Shown here: in pieces, positions 39,897 to 43,262 of the stretch
How positions within the stretch are numbered: position 1 is the stretch's first letter
Layout: every line of letters begins with the position of its first letter
IMG/VR virus record: IMGVR_UViG_3300045974_000152
Span: 1 to 43,262 of that record
DNA length: 43,262 nt
Strand: one strand, 5' to 3'
Origin: a virus
Made by a program: the position numbers and the translations under genes
The notes under the pieces: model-generated
What the model saw: only the letters and a program-made list of their open reading frames with translations
Told to the model about the DNA's origin: nothing
Database searches by the model: none

Positions 39897-40604
39897 ATGA
39901 AAGCTATGTTGATTAGGTCCGCGTTCGCTGCCGTTATTGCAGCAAGTGTATTTGGTTTAGTAACTATTGGACGCAGTCCCAGTCAAGGACAACGTTTAGC
40001 ACGCTCGGTAGTACGTGTGCTTAACTTTGAAGGTACGGGTGGTGGTACGGGATGGGTAACCCGTTCAGCTTCCGGACGTCGTGTTATTGTAACGAACGAT
40101 CACGTTTGTGAAGTTGCTAAAGACGGCATGGTACGCATTCAAGACGATTCGGGTACATCTTCGATTAAAGAAGTACTTACAACGTCCTTCGATCATGATC
40201 TATGCCTTATTGAAGGTATCGAAGCCCCAGCTCTTACCGTAGCTAAAACCGGTCCTAACCGCTTTGATGATCTTACTGTCGTAGGGCACCCACTTCTTGG
40301 GCCTCTCACGATGTCTAAAGGACAGTTCACTGGTATCAGTATCCTTCCCATTGGTGGGTTCGTAGAAGAAGGTCAAGAATGTCCACACGGTACGGAAACC
40401 GTTCAATCACTTTTCGGTACTGTATGCATTCACCTTATGGAACTCGGCACGACGACTGCTCAAATTTACCCGGGTAACAGTGGCTCGCCTGTAATTAATA
40501 CGGACGGGGAAGTGATCGGTGTAATGAACTCTGGTGACGGTATGATGTTTCATGGTAACCTTGTAACGCTTAATTACTTACGAGACATTTTAAACACGAA
40601 ATGA
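39897..40604 (+). CDS. Secreted trypsin-like (S1/S1C) serine protease
   Basis: ATG at 39897 with AGAGGAG upstream. Signal peptide MKAMLIRSAFAAVIAASVFGLV. Triad contexts TNDHVCE, DHDLCLI, GNSGSPVIN. Confidence 0.7.
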   Translation: MKAMLIRSAFAAVIAASVFGLVTIGRSPSQGQRLARSVVRVLNFEGTGGGTGWVTRSASGRRVIVTNDHVCEVAKDGMVRIQDDSGTSSIKEVLTTSFDHDLCLIEGIEAPALTVAKTGPNRFDDLTVVGHPLLGPLTMSKGQFTGISILPIGGFVEEGQECPHGTETVQSLFGTVCIHLMELGTTTAQIYPGNSGSPVINTDGEVIGVMNSGDGMMFHGNLVTLNYLRDILNTK

Positions 40605-40807
40605 ACTGGTTAGAGTGCCTTTATTGTGGTAAGCAGTGGAGGGCGCAGTTTTATAAGATTGTGCCCTCCTGCCCTAAATGTAATGAATCTAAAAGCATAA
40701 GAGTACTTAAAAAAGGTGAGCGTCATAATAAATATTATGAAGGCGACCCAGAGCCCACGGATGGGGCTAAAAATGACTTCAAAGATTACAAAGACTTCAT
40801 CGACTAA
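40601..40807 (+). CDS. Zinc-ribbon protein (68 aa)
   Basis: CLYCGK...CPKCN. ATGA coupling. Confidence 0.6.
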   Translation: MNWLECLYCGKQWRAQFYKIVPSCPKCNESKSIRVLKKGERHNKYYEGDPEPTDGAKNDFKDYKDFID

Positions 40808-40820
40808 ACGCGTAGAGAGT

Positions 40821-41231
40821 ATGGACGAGACAGTCGTCCAGGAAGCGCTTACTAGACAGGTAGCGACTATCCTTCTTGCCGGTACTTCGATCACGGATTG
40901 CGCCAAGCAACTAAGCATTACCCCCGCAGCGGTACGCCGCATTACGAGCTTGGATAAGTATAAAGAACTGGTAACCGCTACTGCGGAAGACGAACTTGCC
41001 CCGGCACTCGCTAAGGCTAAAGCGCAGCTTGCTAGGCTCACGACTAAGGCGGTTAAAGCTATTGAACAGGCTCTTGATTCTGGTAACTCCCGGGACGCTC
41101 TACAGGCGGCTACGATCGTCCTTAAGTCTGTCGGGTTACATGAAGAGAAAGAAGCGCAACAAGATACGAGTATCACGGTGGTACTCCCAAGCGGGATAGA
41201 ATCCCCTATTACATACGAGGTGAAAGAATGA
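40821..41231 (+). CDS. HTH DNA-binding protein (136 aa)
   Basis: Track ORF trimmed to the ATG at 40821. AGTSITDCAKQLSITPAAVRRI looks like an HTH, followed by a long helix. Confidence 0.5.
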   Translation: MDETVVQEALTRQVATILLAGTSITDCAKQLSITPAAVRRITSLDKYKELVTATAEDELAPALAKAKAQLARLTTKAVKAIEQALDSGNSRDALQAATIVLKSVGLHEEKEAQQDTSITVVLPSGIESPITYEVKE

Positions 41232-41551
41232 GTACTACGTTTCAACCCCTTTACGATAAGGTGCTAGTTATTCGCAGTCAAGCTGAAGAAGTCAGTGCGG
41301 CGGGCCTGGTTATTCTTGAGACTTCCCAACTACGGGAAAAGCCTTCTACTGGTATTGTTGTAGCAGTGGGCACGGGTCGGGTCAATGAACTAGGTCAAGT
41401 GCTCCCCCTCATCGTTAAAGAAGGGGATAAGGTACTTTTCGGTAAATACGCAGGTACTGATATTAAGCTTGACGGTGACGAATTTCTCATGATGCGAGAA
41501 GAAGACATCCTCGGTATCATTAAAGAATCTTCCCTTGTGAGCCTCGGATGA
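41228..41551 (+). CDS. groES: GroES (Cpn10) co-chaperonin homologue
   Basis: 107 aa. Aligns by eye along the whole length with bacterial GroES: PLYDKVLVIR..EEVSAAGLVILETS..EKPSTGIVVAVGTGR...VKEGDKVLFGKYAGTDIKLDGDEFLMMREEDILGII. Confidence 0.8.
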   Translation: MSTTFQPLYDKVLVIRSQAEEVSAAGLVILETSQLREKPSTGIVVAVGTGRVNELGQVLPLIVKEGDKVLFGKYAGTDIKLDGDEFLMMREEDILGIIKESSLVSLG

Positions 41552-41976
41552 AAAAACAAAAAGACATATTTTTAGTACTTGGTTTAGGGTCTACCGCTAA
41601 AGGCAGCGGGAGTGCTGGAATGCTCGGCCTGCTAACTCTCCAGGGATTAAAGAAGCGAGGGGACATTGGTAGAAAGATCTCTAAGAAAGACTTAGAAGGT
41701 CCTCAGGTTAGCATCTGGTTCGCTAACGCGGAAGCGGTTACTTCTCTCTGTGCCGAGTTAATGACTGTGGCTAACGACATGGCTAAAGCAGAAAAGGAAA
41801 TAAAAGATGCCTCAATTAATATCTCCGCTGGATGTACTGACAAGCTCGGGAAGTCACCCAGAGAGGGAAAAAGATCCGGAGTGTACGACGCAAGTAAGAA
41901 TAAACGCGGCGGACGTGGCGGAAAGAGTGTCAAAGCTGCTCGGGGCGTTGGGCGTAACACAAGTGAAGGTCGTTAG
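41548..41976 (+). CDS. Hypothetical protein (142 aa) with basic RGG-like tail
   Basis: ATGA-coupled to groES. Its last 170 nt overlap the M15 peptidase gene out of frame. Confidence 0.5.
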   Translation: MKKQKDIFLVLGLGSTAKGSGSAGMLGLLTLQGLKKRGDIGRKISKKDLEGPQVSIWFANAEAVTSLCAELMTVANDMAKAEKEIKDASINISAGCTDKLGKSPREGKRSGVYDASKNKRGGRGGKSVKAARGVGRNTSEGR

Positions 41977-42214
41977 TGGGTTCCGCACCTCAGAGGCTAA
42001 CCATGCCGCTAATGGCGCGAAGAATTCAGCTCATATGACCGGAAAGGCGGTAGACCTTGAGGATAAGGATGGGAAAATCGATGCTGCTATTACTGCTGAT
42101 CCTAGTTTACTCGACACTTTTGATCTCTACCGCGAACATCCTTATTACACCCTTAATTGGGTTCATTTATCAATTCAACCGACAGCCTCGGGAAGGCGCA
42201 CCTTCACACCATGA
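41807..42214 (+). CDS. Peptidase M15 (VanY / L-Ala-D-Glu peptidase-like) cell-wall hydrolase
   Basis: 135 aa. VVSGFRTSEANHAANGAKNSAHMTGKAVDLE and WVHLS give the His/Asp/His zinc-site pattern. AAGGA lies 8 nt upstream. Confidence 0.7.
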   Translation: MPQLISPLDVLTSSGSHPEREKDPECTTQVRINAADVAERVSKLLGALGVTQVKVVSGFRTSEANHAANGAKNSAHMTGKAVDLEDKDGKIDAAITADPSLLDTFDLYREHPYYTLNWVHLSIQPTASGRRTFTP

Positions 42215-42429
42215 GTAAGAAGAAACCAAAGTACGTCGCACCTCTTAATATCGAGGCAAGCCTTGATCTTACCGAAGAAGGTAACCAATGTCTTATCGAC
42301 ATAACGTGTGTTGACGGGCATGAGCTTACTCCGCAAATTATCCTCGATGCGGTAGCGGACATGCTCACGGCGCGTTTCGACATGGCACCTGAAGACTGGG
42401 ATTTCCCAGACGACGGGCTAGACTCATGA
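42211..42429 (+). CDS. Small acidic protein (72 aa)
   Basis: Trimmed to the ATG at 42211 (ATGA with the M15 stop). Acidic tail EDWDFPDDGLDS. Confidence 0.55.
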   Translation: MSKKKPKYVAPLNIEASLDLTEEGNQCLIDITCVDGHELTPQIILDAVADMLTARFDMAPEDWDFPDDGLDS

Positions 42430-42734
42430 GTTATCCAGACCGTCTTAAAATCGGCGATCGTTATTACCGTATACGATTCGTTAAATCTATTCGCGGTTGT
42501 AAGAAGTCCGTTGACCTGAAGAATACCACTTTAGGACTATGCGACGAGGCTCGAGCGGAGATTCTTATTCGCGATGAACTATCCACCGACGAGAAACTAA
42601 AGACATTACTCCACGAGCTGGGGCACGCTATGGAGTTCGAGTATAATATCAACATCCCCCACGCTGCTATTTACAAGTACGAAGAGGCGCTATTCGATTT
42701 CATTTGCGCTAACATCGACGTCTTTAAAAAGTAA
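42426..42734 (+). CDS. HExxH zinc metallopeptidase (ImmA/IrrE- or SprT-like)
   Basis: 102 aa with motif LLHELGHAMEF. Confidence 0.6.
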   Translation: MSYPDRLKIGDRYYRIRFVKSIRGCKKSVDLKNTTLGLCDEARAEILIRDELSTDEKLKTLLHELGHAMEFEYNINIPHAAIYKYEEALFDFICANIDVFKK

Positions 42735-42735
42735 A

Positions 42736-42773
42736 AACCCCGAACCGTTTCCAGTCCGGGGTCTTGTCTCTTT
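42736..42773. terminator. Terminator hairpin between convergent blocks C and D
   Basis: ccccgaac...gtccgggg. On the minus strand the stem gains a G-U pair and is followed by TTTTTACTTTTT. On the plus strand it is followed by tcttgtctcttt. Confidence 0.55.
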
Positions 42774-42858
42774 GAGGTTGAGGCTAACCAGTACCCTTGT
42801 ATTAATATGCTCCGGTACTCCGAGAGAACAGAACCGCCTTGGGTTTTCTAACGTGGGG

Positions 42859-43167
42859 TCAGTTCTGAATTCCACAATTAGCTAGCACTACAAAATTACA
42901 ACTTGCGTTGATCCCATTGGACCCGTACGAGCCCGGGGGAATCTCGGTAGTGAACCCGCCATTAGCGGAGTACGTTGCGTAGATTTTATTATTCACGCAG
43001 AAACCGCCTTCCACAAAGCGGGAAAGGTAGGTCGTAGTTCCAGGACAGAATTTAACGAAAGTTACAGAGCTTGCGTCAATCCCGTCCCGTCCGTTGTACC
43101 CAGTAGGACCTCGTCCGCAACCCATGAGAACTACTAACATAATCGCTGAAATTAATTTAAAATTCAT
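42859..43167 (-). CDS. Lipoprotein with short collagen-like GXY run
   Basis: 102 aa. Lipobox in MNFKLISAIMLVVLMGC. GPTGYNGRDGID gives four GXY triplets. The start lies inside the terminal repeat. Confidence 0.7.
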   Translation of the reverse strand: MNFKLISAIMLVVLMGCGRGPTGYNGRDGIDASSVTFVKFCPGTTTYLSRFVEGGFCVNNKIYATYSANGGFTTEIPPGSYGSNGINASCNFVVLANCGIQN

Positions 43168-43262
43168 GCAAACCCCTTTTCATTGTTATAATCAAACCAT
43201 TCCTGTTTACAGCTAGCGCATAATCCGTCGAAACAAGTTGCTTCGTCGCACATACCAGAACA
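43136..43262. repeat. Right copy of exact 127-bp terminal direct repeat
   Basis: Identical to 1-127. Confidence 0.95.

Noticed and set aside
40610-41245. 211-aa minus-strand ORF opposite the 40821-41231 HTH gene
   Set aside because: It is a Ser/Ala/Cys-rich shadow of an Ala/Leu/Lys-rich helical protein. Block C is otherwise a coupled + strand operon.
1-43262. Temperate lifestyle inferred from the Rrf2, PhaR-like and HTH regulators and the ImmA-like HExxH protein
   Set aside because: I recognised no integrase, recombinase, partition or attachment-site features. Regulators alone do not establish lysogeny.

Overview
This window is one complete, circularly closed genome of a tailed dsDNA phage. 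Bases 1-127 recur exactly at 43136-43262, giving a unique length of 43,135 bp, and a lipoprotein gene reads across the junction. The virion module looks podovirus-like, of the T7-supergroup type: portal, scaffold, capsid, then adaptor-like and nozzle-like proteins. I found no phage RNA polymerase, integrase, tRNA, reverse transcriptase or CRISPR array. Genes are packed very tightly, often with ATGA or TAATG start/stop overlaps, and fall into four transcription blocks. Block A (+, 4932-26979) carries packaging and virion genes: a small basic protein, an HNH endonuclease, TerL, portal, a GT-A glycosyltransferase inside the head module, scaffold, major capsid, a 954-aa fibre, small fibre/receptor-binding candidates and Gly/Gln/Ala-rich internal-protein candidates. 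Block B (-, 39545 down to 26929) carries early and replication genes: a SAM methyltransferase, a YqaJ exonuclease with a Rad52-like annealase, a PagL-like lipid A deacylase, a family A DNA polymerase, a 45-aa membrane peptide with an SLT transglycosylase, a DnaB-like helicase, Hjc-like and EndoVII-like nucleases, a primase, a sigma-region-4-like HTH protein, a DnaQ-like exonuclease and an overlapping envelope-protein pair. Block C (+, 39897-42734) lies behind a consensus sigma70-type promoter and encodes a secreted trypsin-like protease, an HTH protein, a GroES homologue, an M15 peptidase and an HExxH peptidase. Block D (-, 3814 down to 29 and across the junction to 42859) holds micro-ORFs, PhaR-N-like and Rrf2 regulators, a GT4 glycosyltransferase and a lipoprotein. 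Five observations stand out. First, there is a set of envelope/LPS-remodelling genes (PagL-like, GT4, GT-A, methyltransferase, lipoprotein). Second, the 1.1-kb ORF-poor region (3828-4931) contains two diverged copies of a module that reads either as paralogous micro-ORFs or as structured RNA. Third, a 27-bp motif is perfectly repeated ahead of + strand operons. Fourth, back-to-back divergent promoters include a probable leaderless start. Fifth, the lysis functions are dispersed across the genome. All functional calls come from motif recognition by eye. No database search was run.
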